From Thermoanaerobaculia bacterium (GTDB lineage: Bacteria; Acidobacteriota; Thermoanaerobaculia; Gp7-AA8), in NCBI GenBank assembly GCA_035688915.1, contig DASSMK010000420.1, positions 1 through 21,415 on the forward strand: a stretch of 21,415 bases of DNA. Direction: 5' to 3'. The notes under the pieces are model-generated. The model had not been told where the DNA came from. It was given only the letters and a program-made list of their open reading frames with translations, and did not search any database. Below are positions 1 through 7,797 of the stretch, piece by piece. The stretch's first letter is position 1; the number at the start of each line of letters is the position of its first letter. The position numbers were made by a program, and so were the translations under genes.

Positions 1-1611
1 GAAACCCTGATCAAGCTGGGGTTCGTCTCCGAAGAAGACATCACCGAGTGCCTTTCCCAGCAGTTCGGAGTCCCCTCCATCAACCTGCAGCACTTCGAGA
101 TCGACGCCAGCGTCATCAAGCTGATCTCGGGTGACGTCGCGCGCAAATACAACATCCTCCCGGTCAACAAGACCGGCGCGACGATCACCATCGCCATGGC
201 CGACCCGACCAACGTCTTCGCCATGGACGACATCAAGTTCATGACTGGCTACAACGTCGAGCCGGTCGTGGCGTCCGAGCTCGGCATCAAGGCCGCGATC
301 GACAACTACTACGGCACCACTTCCTCGCTCGAGCTGAAGAAGGTCATGGAAGACCTGCAGACGCAGGAGAGCGCCGACCTCGAAGTGCTCGAGGAAGAGG
401 AAGAGCTCGACGCAAACGCGCTCGCTGAAGGCGCCGAAGAAGCGCCGGTCGTCAAGCTCGTCAACCTGATCCTCACCGATGCCATCAAGCGCGGCGCGTC
501 CGACATTCACATCGAGCCGTACGAGAAAGAGTTCCGCGTCCGCTTCCGCATCGACGGAATCCTCTACGAGATCATGAACCCGCCTTTGAAACTGAAGGAC
601 GCCATGACCTCGCGCATGAAGATTCTGTCGAAGCTCGACATCTCCGAAAAGCGCCTCCCGCAGGACGGCCGCATCAAGCTGAAGATCAAGCTCGAAGACA
701 AAAACAAGGAGCTCGACTTCCGCGTCTCCGTGCTGCCCACGCTCTTCGGCGAGAAGATCGTTCTGCGCCTGCTCGACAAAGACAATCTCCGCCTCGACAT
801 GACGAAGCTCGGCTTCGAAGTGGAGTCGCTGCAGCGCTTCGAGGAAGCCATCTTCAAGCCGTGGGGCATGGTGCTCGTCACCGGCCCGACCGGTTCGGGC
901 AAGACGAACACGCTCTACTCGGCACTCTCGAAAGTGAACTCGCCGGAAGTGAACATCATGACGGCCGAGGATCCGGTGGAGTTCAATTTGCCGGGGATCA
1001 ATCAGGTGCAGATGCGAGAGGCCATCGGCCTCAACTTCGCGGCCACGCTGCGCTCGTTCCTGAGGCAGGATCCGAACATCATCCTGGTCGGCGAGATCCG
1101 CGACTTCGAAACCGCGGAAATCGCGATCAAAGCGGCGCTCACCGGCCACCTCGTGCTCTCCACGCTGCACACGAATGACGCGCCGTCGACGATCAACCGC
1201 CTGATGAACATGGGCATCGAGCCGTTCCTCGTCGCCACGGCCACGCAGCTCATCGCCGCGCAGCGTTTGACGCGCCGCATCTGCCAGCAGTGCAAGGAGC
1301 CGGTGGAAGTCGCGCCGCAGGCGCTGCTCAACATCGGCTACAAGAAAGACGAGATCGGCACGTTCACCGTCTACAAAGGCCGCGGCTGCGAAAAGTGCAA
1401 CAACACCGGCTACAAAGGCCGCGTCGGTCTCATCGAAGTGATGCAGATCGACGACGACATCCGCGACCTCATCCTCTCCGGCGGCACCGCCATCGACATC
1501 AAGAAGAAAGCGATCGAGAACGGCATGATCACCCTGCGCCGCTCCGGTCTGGTTAAAATCAAAGAAGGCATCACCACGATCGACGAGGTCGTTCGTGAAA
1601 CCGTTCTGTAG
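1..1611 (+). CDS. pilB: Type IV pilus assembly ATPase PilB (GspE family), 5'-partial; the reading frame enters from upstream of the window
   Basis: Frame 1 is open from position 1. An N-terminal GspE_N-like region is present (ETLIKLGFVSEEDI...). Walker A motif VLVTGPTGSGKT, Walker B/Asp box ILVGEIRD, His box LVLSTLHTN, and a C-terminal tetracysteine C-x2-C...C-x2-C (CQQCKEP...CEKCNNTGY) are typical of PilB/GspE. Stop codon TAG at 1609-1611. Confidence 0.9.
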   Translation, partial: ETLIKLGFVSEEDITECLSQQFGVPSINLQHFEIDASVIKLISGDVARKYNILPVNKTGATITIAMADPTNVFAMDDIKFMTGYNVEPVVASELGIKAAIDNYYGTTSSLELKKVMEDLQTQESADLEVLEEEEELDANALAEGAEEAPVVKLVNLILTDAIKRGASDIHIEPYEKEFRVRFRIDGILYEIMNPPLKLKDAMTSRMKILSKLDISEKRLPQDGRIKLKIKLEDKNKELDFRVSVLPTLFGEKIVLRLLDKDNLRLDMTKLGFEVESLQRFEEAIFKPWGMVLVTGPTGSGKTNTLYSALSKVNSPEVNIMTAEDPVEFNLPGINQVQMREAIGLNFAATLRSFLRQDPNIILVGEIRDFETAEIAIKAALTGHLVLSTLHTNDAPSTINRLMNMGIEPFLVATATQLIAAQRLTRRICQQCKEPVEVAPQALLNIGYKKDEIGTFTVYKGRGCEKCNNTGYKGRVGLIEVMQIDDDIRDLILSGGTAIDIKKKAIENGMITLRRSGLVKIKEGITTIDEVVRETVL

Positions 1612-1616
1612 TGAAG

Positions 1617-1686
1617 TGGCCAGTGGTCAGTGGTCAGTGGTCAGCCCGGCCTTGGGCAACTGACCACTGACCACTGGCCACTGGCA
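1617..1686. repeat. Long near-perfect hairpin of inverted tandem heptamers: (CAGTGGT)x3 on the left arm, (ACCACTG)-type units on the right arm, with a 15-nt loop containing CCGGCC
   Basis: Read directly: tggccagtggtcagtggtcagtggtcag / cccggccttgggcaa / ctgaccactgaccactggccactggca. The stem is about 26 bp with one mismatch. No U-tract follows. The pilT Shine-Dalgarno GGAGAG starts 5 nt after the stem. Confidence 0.8.
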
Positions 1687-1699
1687 ACTCGGAGAGACA

Positions 1700-2827
1700 A
1701 TGGCCGTCACCCTGCATCAACTTCTCAAGACGATGGTCGAGCGAGGCGGCTCGGACCTGCACGTCACCACCAACTCGCCTCCGCAGATCCGCATCGACGG
1801 CAAGCTCGTGCCGCTCGACATGCCGCCCCTCACGGCGCCGGAGACCAAGCAGCTCGCCTACTCCGTCCTCACCGACGCGCAGAAGCACCGCTTCGAAGAA
1901 GCGCTGGAGCTCGATCTTTCCTTCGGCATCAAAGGGCTGGCGCGCTTCCGCGCGAACATCTTCAACCAGCGCGGCGCCACCGCCGCCGTCTACCGTCAGA
2001 TTCCCTACGAAATCCTCGGCTTCAAGGAGCTCGGGCTGCCGCAGGTCGTCGAAGACATCTGCAACAAACCGCGCGGACTGGTGCTCGTCACCGGCCCCAC
2101 CGGCTCGGGCAAATCGACCACGCTCGCCGCGATGATCGACAAGATCAATCGCGAGCGCCACGAGCACATCATCACCATCGAAGATCCGGTGGAGTTCCTC
2201 CACCAACACAAGAACTGCATCGTCAATCAGCGCGAGCTGCACGCCGACACGCATTCCTTCGCCAACTCGCTCAAGAGCGCGCTGCGTCAGGATCCCGACG
2301 TCGTGCTCATCGGCGAGATGCGCGATCTCGAGACCATCGAGTCCGCGCTGCGCATCGCCGAAACGGGCCACTTGACGTTCGGCACGCTGCACACGAACTC
2401 CGCGGCGCAGACCATCAACCGTATCGTCGACGTCTTCCCCGCGCACCAGCAGCCGCAGATCCGCGCGCAGCTGTCCTTCGTTCTGGAAGGCATCATGTGT
2501 CAGACGCTGCTCCCGAAAGCCAACGGCAAAGGGCGCGTCATGGCCATGGAGATCCTCGTTCCGAACGCCGCCATCCGCAATCTGATCCGCGAGGACAAGG
2601 TCCATCAGATCTACTCGATGATGCAGACCGGCCAGTCCAAATACGGAATGCAGACTTTCAATCAGTCGTTGGCGACGCTGTACTTCAAGAAATTGATTAC
2701 GCTGCAGACAGCGCTGTCCCGCTCGTCGAATCCTGACGAGCTGCAGGAAATGATCTCGCGCGGCGCCGGCGGAATCGTCCAGCAGGGTCCACCCGCTGCC
2801 GCTGGTGCGCAGCGCCGGCCGGCGTAG
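1700..2827 (+). CDS. pilT: Twitching motility / pilus retraction ATPase PilT
   Basis: N-terminus MAVTLHQLLKTMVERGGSDLHVT and Walker A LVLVTGPTGSGKST match the canonical PilT family, as do ITIEDPVEF, LIGEMRD and GHLTFGTLHTNSAAQTI. Shine-Dalgarno GGAGAG lies 4 nt before the ATG. The protein carries a C-terminal extension of about 30 aa compared with typical PilT proteins of about 345 aa. Confidence 0.9.
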   Translation: MAVTLHQLLKTMVERGGSDLHVTTNSPPQIRIDGKLVPLDMPPLTAPETKQLAYSVLTDAQKHRFEEALELDLSFGIKGLARFRANIFNQRGATAAVYRQIPYEILGFKELGLPQVVEDICNKPRGLVLVTGPTGSGKSTTLAAMIDKINRERHEHIITIEDPVEFLHQHKNCIVNQRELHADTHSFANSLKSALRQDPDVVLIGEMRDLETIESALRIAETGHLTFGTLHTNSAAQTINRIVDVFPAHQQPQIRAQLSFVLEGIMCQTLLPKANGKGRVMAMEILVPNAAIRNLIREDKVHQIYSMMQTGQSKYGMQTFNQSLATLYFKKLITLQTALSRSSNPDELQEMISRGAGGIVQQGPPAAAGAQRRPA

Positions 2828-2867
2828 CACGTAAGGTTTCGATTCAGGGAGCGTGGAGGAGGACGTC

Positions 2868-4070
2868 ATGCCGACATTCGAATGGAAGGGCACCGCGCGC
2901 AACGGTCAGACACAGACCGGTTTGCTCGTGGCCGATTCGAAAGACGCCGTCATCGCGATGATGCGGCGCCAGCAGATCATCGTCACGGCGGTCAAGGAAA
3001 AGGGGAAGGAGATCGCGCTGCCGAAGTTCGGCGGCAAGGTTCCGCCTCAGACCATCGCCATCTTCACGCGGCAGTTCTCCGTCATGATCGACGCCGGCCT
3101 TCCGCTCGTGCAGTGCCTGGAGATTCTCGGCGCGCAGCAGGATCACAAGGTCTTCAAACGGACGCTCATCAACATCCGCCAGGACGTCGAGTCGGGCTCC
3201 ACGCTCGCCGACGCCATGCGCAAGCACCCGCGCGTCTTCAACGATCTCTTCACGAACATGGTCGCCGCCGGTGAAGCGGGCGGTATTCTCGACACGATCC
3301 TGCAGCGTCTCGCGCAGTACATCGAAAAAGCCGTCAAGCTGAACTCGCAGGTGAAGTCGGCGATGATCTATCCGGTCGCCGTCATCTCCATCGCGGTCAT
3401 TGTCGTCGCGGTCATTCTCTGGAAGGTCATCCCTGTCTTCGCCTCTCTCTTCGCCGGTCTCGGCGCAGAGCTGCCGATGCCGACCAAGATCGTCATTGCG
3501 CTCTCGAACTTCATCGCCGACTTCTGGTGGCTCATCGGCATCGTCGGCTTCGGTACCGTCTTCGCGCTGCGCAAGTACCACGGCACCTACAAGGGCAAGC
3601 GCGTGCTCGACGGCATCCTCCTGAAGATGCCCGTGCTCGGCATGCTGCTCCGCAAGATCGCCGTGGCGCGTTTCTGCCGCACGCTCTCCACGCTCACGTC
3701 GTCGGGCGTGCCGATCCTCGACGGCCTCTCCATCACCGCGAAAACCGCCGGCAACTCGATCGTGGAAGACGCGATCATGTCGACCCGCAAGTCGGTCGAA
3801 GAAGGCAAGACCATCAGCGAGCCGCTCGGCGACACCGAGGTATTTCCGCCGATGGTCGTGCAGATGATCGCCGTCGGTGAGCAGACGGGCGCGCTCGATA
3901 CGATGCTTTCGAAGATCGCCGACTTTTACGAAGACGAAGTCGACAACGCAGTGGCCGGCCTGATGAAGCTTCTCGAGCCGATCCTCATCGCATTCCTCGG
4001 CGTCGCCATCGGCGGCATCGTCATCGCCATGTACATGCCGATGTTCAGCCTCATCGGCCAGGTGGGTTAA
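2868..4070 (+). CDS. pilC: Type IV pilus inner-membrane platform protein PilC (GspF family)
   Basis: Two GspF-type repeats and hydrophobic transmembrane segments are present (IYPVAVISIAVIVVAVILW, ILIAFLGVAIGGIVIAMYMPMF). The start is assigned to ATG 2868, 4 nt after the Shine-Dalgarno GGAGGAGG (2856-2863), rather than the track's upstream GTG at 2853. Confidence 0.85.
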   Translation: MPTFEWKGTARNGQTQTGLLVADSKDAVIAMMRRQQIIVTAVKEKGKEIALPKFGGKVPPQTIAIFTRQFSVMIDAGLPLVQCLEILGAQQDHKVFKRTLINIRQDVESGSTLADAMRKHPRVFNDLFTNMVAAGEAGGILDTILQRLAQYIEKAVKLNSQVKSAMIYPVAVISIAVIVVAVILWKVIPVFASLFAGLGAELPMPTKIVIALSNFIADFWWLIGIVGFGTVFALRKYHGTYKGKRVLDGILLKMPVLGMLLRKIAVARFCRTLSTLTSSGVPILDGLSITAKTAGNSIVEDAIMSTRKSVEEGKTISEPLGDTEVFPPMVVQMIAVGEQTGALDTMLSKIADFYEDEVDNAVAGLMKLLEPILIAFLGVAIGGIVIAMYMPMFSLIGQVG

Positions 4071-4088
4071 CCCGCGCTGACTGTTGGA

Positions 4089-4146
4089 GCGGCGGGCGCC
4101 TCGCCCGCCGTTCTCGTTTCCCGGCGGGCGAGGGGCGCCCGCCGTT
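4089..4146 (+). terminator. Tandem duplicated GC hairpins after pilC (GGCGGGCG-cct-CGCCCGCC followed by gttctcgtttcc, then CGGCGGGCG-agggg-CGCCCGCCG); putative terminator or attenuator between pilC and the kinase gene
   Basis: Two consecutive short perfect stems share the core GGCGGGCG/CGCCCGCC. The first is followed by a U-rich tract (GUUCUCGUUUCC). Confidence 0.5.
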
Positions 4147-4166
4147 CCACCGAAAGCGCTGCAAAT

Positions 4167-5822
4167 ATGTCCTCCGACACCCGAATGCTCATCGCCGTCC
4201 GGGTCGTCGTCGTCACGACGCTCCTGCTCGCGACGCTGATCATTCAGTACACCGTCCGCGAAGTCCTCCCGATCAATTACCTCTACATCACGGCAGGGCT
4301 GACGTACGCCCTGACGCTGCTCTACATCGCGCTCACGCATCTCGTGAAGCGCCGCGGCCTCAATCTGATGGTGCAGGTGAGCGGCGATCTGATCGTCGAA
4401 ACGCTGCTCGTCTACTTCACCGGCGGCCTCGATTCGCCGTTCTCGTTTCTCTATCTCGTTTCGATCATCACCGCGTCGATGCTGCTCTTCCGCCGCGGCG
4501 GCCTGCTCGCGGCATCCGGCGCGTCGATCCTCTACGGCGTGCTCGCGGACCTGATGTACTACGGCGTCGTGCCGATGCCCGAGCAGGCAGTCATTCTCCC
4601 GACTGCCTGGACCTCCTCGCGCCTGTACTTCAACATGGCCACGAACTTTGCCGGGTTCTACGCCACGGCGCTCCTGACGTCATATCTCTCCGAGAAACTG
4701 CGCAAGACGTTCGAAGAGCTCGACGTGAATCGCCAGAATCTCGCCGAACTGCGCGCGCTCAATCAGAACGTCGTCGACTCCATCCCGTCGGGCCTCGTCA
4801 CCGTGACGCCGTACGGCACCGCATCCTTCGTCAATCCCGCCGGCGCCGAAATTCTCCGCGCCATCCCCGACGCACTCCTCGGCCGCCACATCGTGGAGCT
4901 CGGCTTCTTCACGATCGAAGAGTGGAACGCCGCGCGCGAACAGCTTGCGCGCGGCATCGTGGTGCGACGCGAGATTCTCGTCGGCGACGATCGCCGTACG
5001 ATCGGCTACGCCGTCAGCCCACTCACCACGCTCGAAGGCGCCGCGTCAGGCTACACGCTCATCTTTCAAGATCTGACCGAGATGAAAAAACTCGAGTCGG
5101 AACTGCGCCTGAAAGACCGCATGGCGGCAGTGGGCGAGCTCTCCGCCGGCATCGCTCACGAGATCCGCAATCCGCTCGCCGCCATCGCCGGATCGGTGCA
5201 AGTACTGAAAGGATCGAAGTCGCTCTCGACGCAGGAGCAGCGCCTGATGTCGATCGTCCTGAAGGAGTCGGAGCGGTTGAACAAATCGATCTCCGACTTT
5301 CTCCGCTTCGTCCGTCCGCAGGAAAAACGCGCGCTCGAATTCGACGTGGCCGCGAGTCTCGCCGAGACACTCGATCTGCTCGCGAACTCTTCCGAGCTGA
5401 AAGCGGAACATGAGATTCGCCGCGACATCTACCCGCCGTCGTTTGCAATCGTCGGCGACGCCGATCAGATCCGCCAGGTGTTCTGGAATCTCGCGCGCAA
5501 CGCCGTGCAAGCCATGCCCGCCGGCGGCGTACTGACGGTCCACACCGCCGTCGCCGACGGCGCGTATCACATCATCTTCACCGACAGCGGCCGCGGGATG
5601 TCCGAAGCCGATCTGCAGCGACTCTTCCAACCGTTCCGCACCAACTTCCCCAGCGGCACAGGCCTCGGCATGGCCATCTCCTATCGCATCGTGCAGGAGC
5701 ACGGCGGAAAAATCGACGTCAGCTCCGCGCAGGGCATCGGTACGTCGATCACCGTGTCGTTGCCGGCGGGGAACGACGGGAGGCCTCCGGCGGCTGGGGC
5801 CACGGGCCCCAGACCCCGCTGA
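4167..5822 (+). CDS. PilS-like sensor histidine kinase: multi-pass membrane N-terminus, PAS domain, HisKA and HATPase_c domains
   Basis: About six hydrophobic helices lie in the first 180 aa. A PAS-like region is present (VVDSIPSGLVTVTPYG...). H-box AHEIRNPLAAI, N box FWNLARNAVQA, G1 DSGRGM and G2 GTGLGMAI are present. Its position after pilB-pilT-pilC parallels pilS in known pil clusters. The last about 14 codons are encoded by a repeat element (see finding). Confidence 0.8.
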   Translation: MSSDTRMLIAVRVVVVTTLLLATLIIQYTVREVLPINYLYITAGLTYALTLLYIALTHLVKRRGLNLMVQVSGDLIVETLLVYFTGGLDSPFSFLYLVSIITASMLLFRRGGLLAASGASILYGVLADLMYYGVVPMPEQAVILPTAWTSSRLYFNMATNFAGFYATALLTSYLSEKLRKTFEELDVNRQNLAELRALNQNVVDSIPSGLVTVTPYGTASFVNPAGAEILRAIPDALLGRHIVELGFFTIEEWNAAREQLARGIVVRREILVGDDRRTIGYAVSPLTTLEGAASGYTLIFQDLTEMKKLESELRLKDRMAAVGELSAGIAHEIRNPLAAIAGSVQVLKGSKSLSTQEQRLMSIVLKESERLNKSISDFLRFVRPQEKRALEFDVAASLAETLDLLANSSELKAEHEIRRDIYPPSFAIVGDADQIRQVFWNLARNAVQAMPAGGVLTVHTAVADGAYHIIFTDSGRGMSEADLQRLFQPFRTNFPSGTGLGMAISYRIVQEHGGKIDVSSAQGIGTSITVSLPAGNDGRPPAAGATGPRPR

Positions 5823-5939
5823 CAGGCCTAGCCTCCGCGCGAAGTCCTCGCAAGCTTGCATAAGTGTGTCGCGGAGGCTAGGCCTGTCAGTCGGGTCCGG
5901 GCCCGAGGGCCCGGCCGCCGGAGGCCTCCCGTCGTCCCC
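5769..5939. repeat. GC-rich REP-like nested palindrome: about 70-bp arms at roughly 85-90% identity in inverted orientation around a 31-bp loop, including a perfect 21-bp inner inverted repeat ctgacaggcctagcctccgcg / cgcggaggctaggcctgtcag
   Basis: The left arm gggaacgacgggaggcctccggcggctggggccacgggccccagaccccgctgacaggcctagcctccgcg can be read directly. The right arm (5871-5939) is its reverse complement with a few mismatches. The left arm overlaps the kinase 3' end and supplies its stop codon. A single-arm copy occurs at 19848-19900. Confidence 0.85.
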
Positions 5940-5960
5940 TGCCGTCTACAATGACACCCG

Positions 5961-6986
5961 GTGACCGACGACCGCATTCTCTCCGCCGAGCCTGAAGTCG
6001 AAGACCTTCAGGCCGAGCTTTCCCTTCGGCCCAAACGCCTTCGCGAATACATCGGCCAGCAGAAGGTCAAAGCGAATCTCGAGATCTCCATCGGTGCCGC
6101 GCGCAAGCGCCGTGAGACGCTCGATCACGTCCTCCTCTTCGGTCCTCCCGGCCTCGGCAAAACCACGCTCGCGAACATCATCGCCAACGAGATGGACGCC
6201 AACATGCGCGGCACGTCCGGACCTGCGCTGGAGAAGCCCGGCGACCTCGTGGCCATCGTCACGAACCTCGAGCCGAACGACGTGCTCTTCATCGATGAAA
6301 TCCATCGCATGCCGGCCACGGTCGAAGAGGTGCTTTACTCCGCGATGGAAGACTTTCACGTCGACGTCGTGATCGGGCAGGGACCGGCTGCGCGTACGCT
6401 GAAAGTCGAGCTGCCGCGCTTCACGCTGATCGGCGCCACGACGCGCGCGGGCCTGCTCACCGCGCCGTTGCGCGCGCGTTTCGGCATTGTCCATCGGCTC
6501 GACTTCTACGACGTCGATTCGCTCACCGTCATCGTCAAACGCTCCTCCGAAATCCTCGGCATTCCGATCGACAACGACGCAGCGCTCGAGATCGGGCGTC
6601 GCTCGCGCGGGACGCCGCGAATTGCCAATCGTCTGTTGCGGCGCGTGCGCGATTTCGCGGAAGTGCGGCATCAGGGCTCCGTCACGCTCGCCATCGCGCG
6701 CGAAGCACTGCAGATGCTCGAAGTCGACGACTACGGCCTCGACGAGATCGATCGCAAACTGCTCACGACCGTCATCGAACGCTTCGGCGGCGGTCCGGTT
6801 GGATTGAATGCGTTGGCCGCTTCGGTGGCCGAAGATCGCGGAACGATCGAGGATTTGTACGAGCCGTATTTGATCCAGATCGGTTTTCTGCAACGCACGC
6901 CGCGCGGCCGCGTCGCCAGCCGCACCGCGTATCAGCATCTCGGCTATCCGCTCAGCGCCGCGCGCAAACAGGGCGATTTGTTCTGA
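5961..6986 (+). CDS. ruvB: Holliday junction branch-migration ATPase RuvB
   Basis: [19 protein letters not shown], Walker [15 protein letters not shown], Walker [10 protein letters not shown], sensor [16 protein letters not shown] and the C-terminal winged-helix region are canonical RuvB. A GTG start is assumed at 5961. No ruvA lies upstream; the kinase gene precedes it. Confidence 0.9.
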   Translation: MTDDRILSAEPEVEDLQAELSLRPKRLREYIGQQKVKANLEISIGAARKRRETLDHVLLFGPPGLGKTTLANIIANEMDANMRGTSGPALEKPGDLVAIVTNLEPNDVLFIDEIHRMPATVEEVLYSAMEDFHVDVVIGQGPAARTLKVELPRFTLIGATTRAGLLTAPLRARFGIVHRLDFYDVDSLTVIVKRSSEILGIPIDNDAALEIGRRSRGTPRIANRLLRRVRDFAEVRHQGSVTLAIAREALQMLEVDDYGLDEIDRKLLTTVIERFGGGPVGLNALAASVAEDRGTIEDLYEPYLIQIGFLQRTPRGRVASRTAYQHLGYPLSAARKQGDLF

Positions 6987-7043
6987 TCGCCGTGGCGCGA
7001 TTCCAGCTAAGCTTTAGTATCGAAAAACGCAAAGGAGGTCACC

Positions 7044-7103
7044 ATGGCCAAGGGACAGAATCAGCGGAAAGAAACGAAGAAGCCGAAGAAAGACAAGAAG
7101 TAG
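7044..7103 (+). CDS. Candidate 19-aa lysine-rich small protein MAKGQNQRKETKKPKKDKK with a perfect Shine-Dalgarno sequence
   Basis: AAAGGAGGT (7031-7039) lies 4 nt upstream of ATG 7044. Stop codon TAG is at 7101-7103. The ORF is locally AT-rich compared with the surrounding sequence and is too short to appear in the ORF track. It sits between the convergent ruvB and methyltransferase genes. Confidence 0.4.
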   Translation: MAKGQNQRKETKKPKKDKK

Positions 7104-7113
7104 CGATCTCGCG

Positions 7114-7797
7114 TCAGCGCACGTCAACGTCGCGCTCGTAAAACGCGCGCGGCTCTGTCAGATGCGGCGGCGCTTCGCCGCCGCGCCCTGACGCTTCGAC
7201 GATGAGGATGTGCGAGAGGTCGCCGAGGTCGGCGGCGCGTTCGTGACGCTCGAGGTGTTGGAGCTCGGGGTGAGAGCTTTCGCCGTACGCGCAGCGCACG
7301 ATCGTCGAGAAGCCCGCCGCGCGTAGCACTGACGACAGCGTCTCCTCGTTGTACAGAAACTGATGGCCCCAGCCGCGGAACGCGCGGTTGAGCGCGAAGC
7401 AGGCCAGCACCTGCTCCTCCGTCGTCATGATCGTCTTGTAGTGCGTCGCCCAAACCCAATCGAGATTCGGCGTCGACAGGCGCAGCACGCCGTCGTCGCG
7501 CATGATGCGGCGGCACTCCTGCAGCAGAAAAAACGCGTCGCGAAAATCGAGATGCTCGATGAAGTGCTCGGCGAAAACGAACTGCACGTCTTTGAACGGC
7601 AGCCCGCGCGTCACGTCGAGAACCTTGTCCACGCCTTTGTAGCGGCGGTTGTCGATGTTCACCCAGCCCGGCAGGATCTCCGGACCGCTGCCGATGTGCA
7701 GACGCTGCGCGCGCGACGAATGCAGCGTGCGCCGCAGCGTCATCGGATAGCGGCGCGCCACGCGCCACGCGCGCTGCAGCTTTTCGCGCTTACTCAT
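7114..7797 (-). CDS. Class I SAM-dependent methyltransferase (Methyltransf_11/23-like)
   Basis: LHIGSGPEILPGWVNID (glycine-rich SAM-binding motif I), acidic motif-II-like VFAEHFIEH and motif-III-like DGVLRLSTP are present. The start codon (7795-7797) overlaps the 3' end of nadB, which suggests an operon with translational coupling. Confidence 0.7.
   Translation of the reverse strand: MSKREKLQRAWRVARRYPMTLRRTLHSSRAQRLHIGSGPEILPGWVNIDNRRYKGVDKVLDVTRGLPFKDVQFVFAEHFIEHLDFRDAFFLLQECRRIMRDDGVLRLSTPNLDWVWATHYKTIMTTEEQVLACFALNRAFRGWGHQFLYNEETLSSVLRAAGFSTIVRCAYGESSHPELQHLERHERAADLGDLSHILIVEASGRGGEAPPHLTEPRAFYERDVDVR

Noticed and set aside
1634-4340. Long antisense ORFs opposite pilT/pilC (1634..2902 -, 2844..4340 -) and the arginine-rich +frame ORF 1630..2736
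   Set aside because: They overlap confidently identified PilT/PilC genes. Their Arg/Gly/Asp-rich low-complexity translations are typical of off-frame reading in high-GC DNA.
5046-6938. Antisense ORFs 5046..5861 (-) and 5946..6938 (-) opposite the kinase and ruvB
   Set aside because: They are GC-driven open frames antisense to genes with clear catalytic motifs. Neither carries a motif nor a Shine-Dalgarno.
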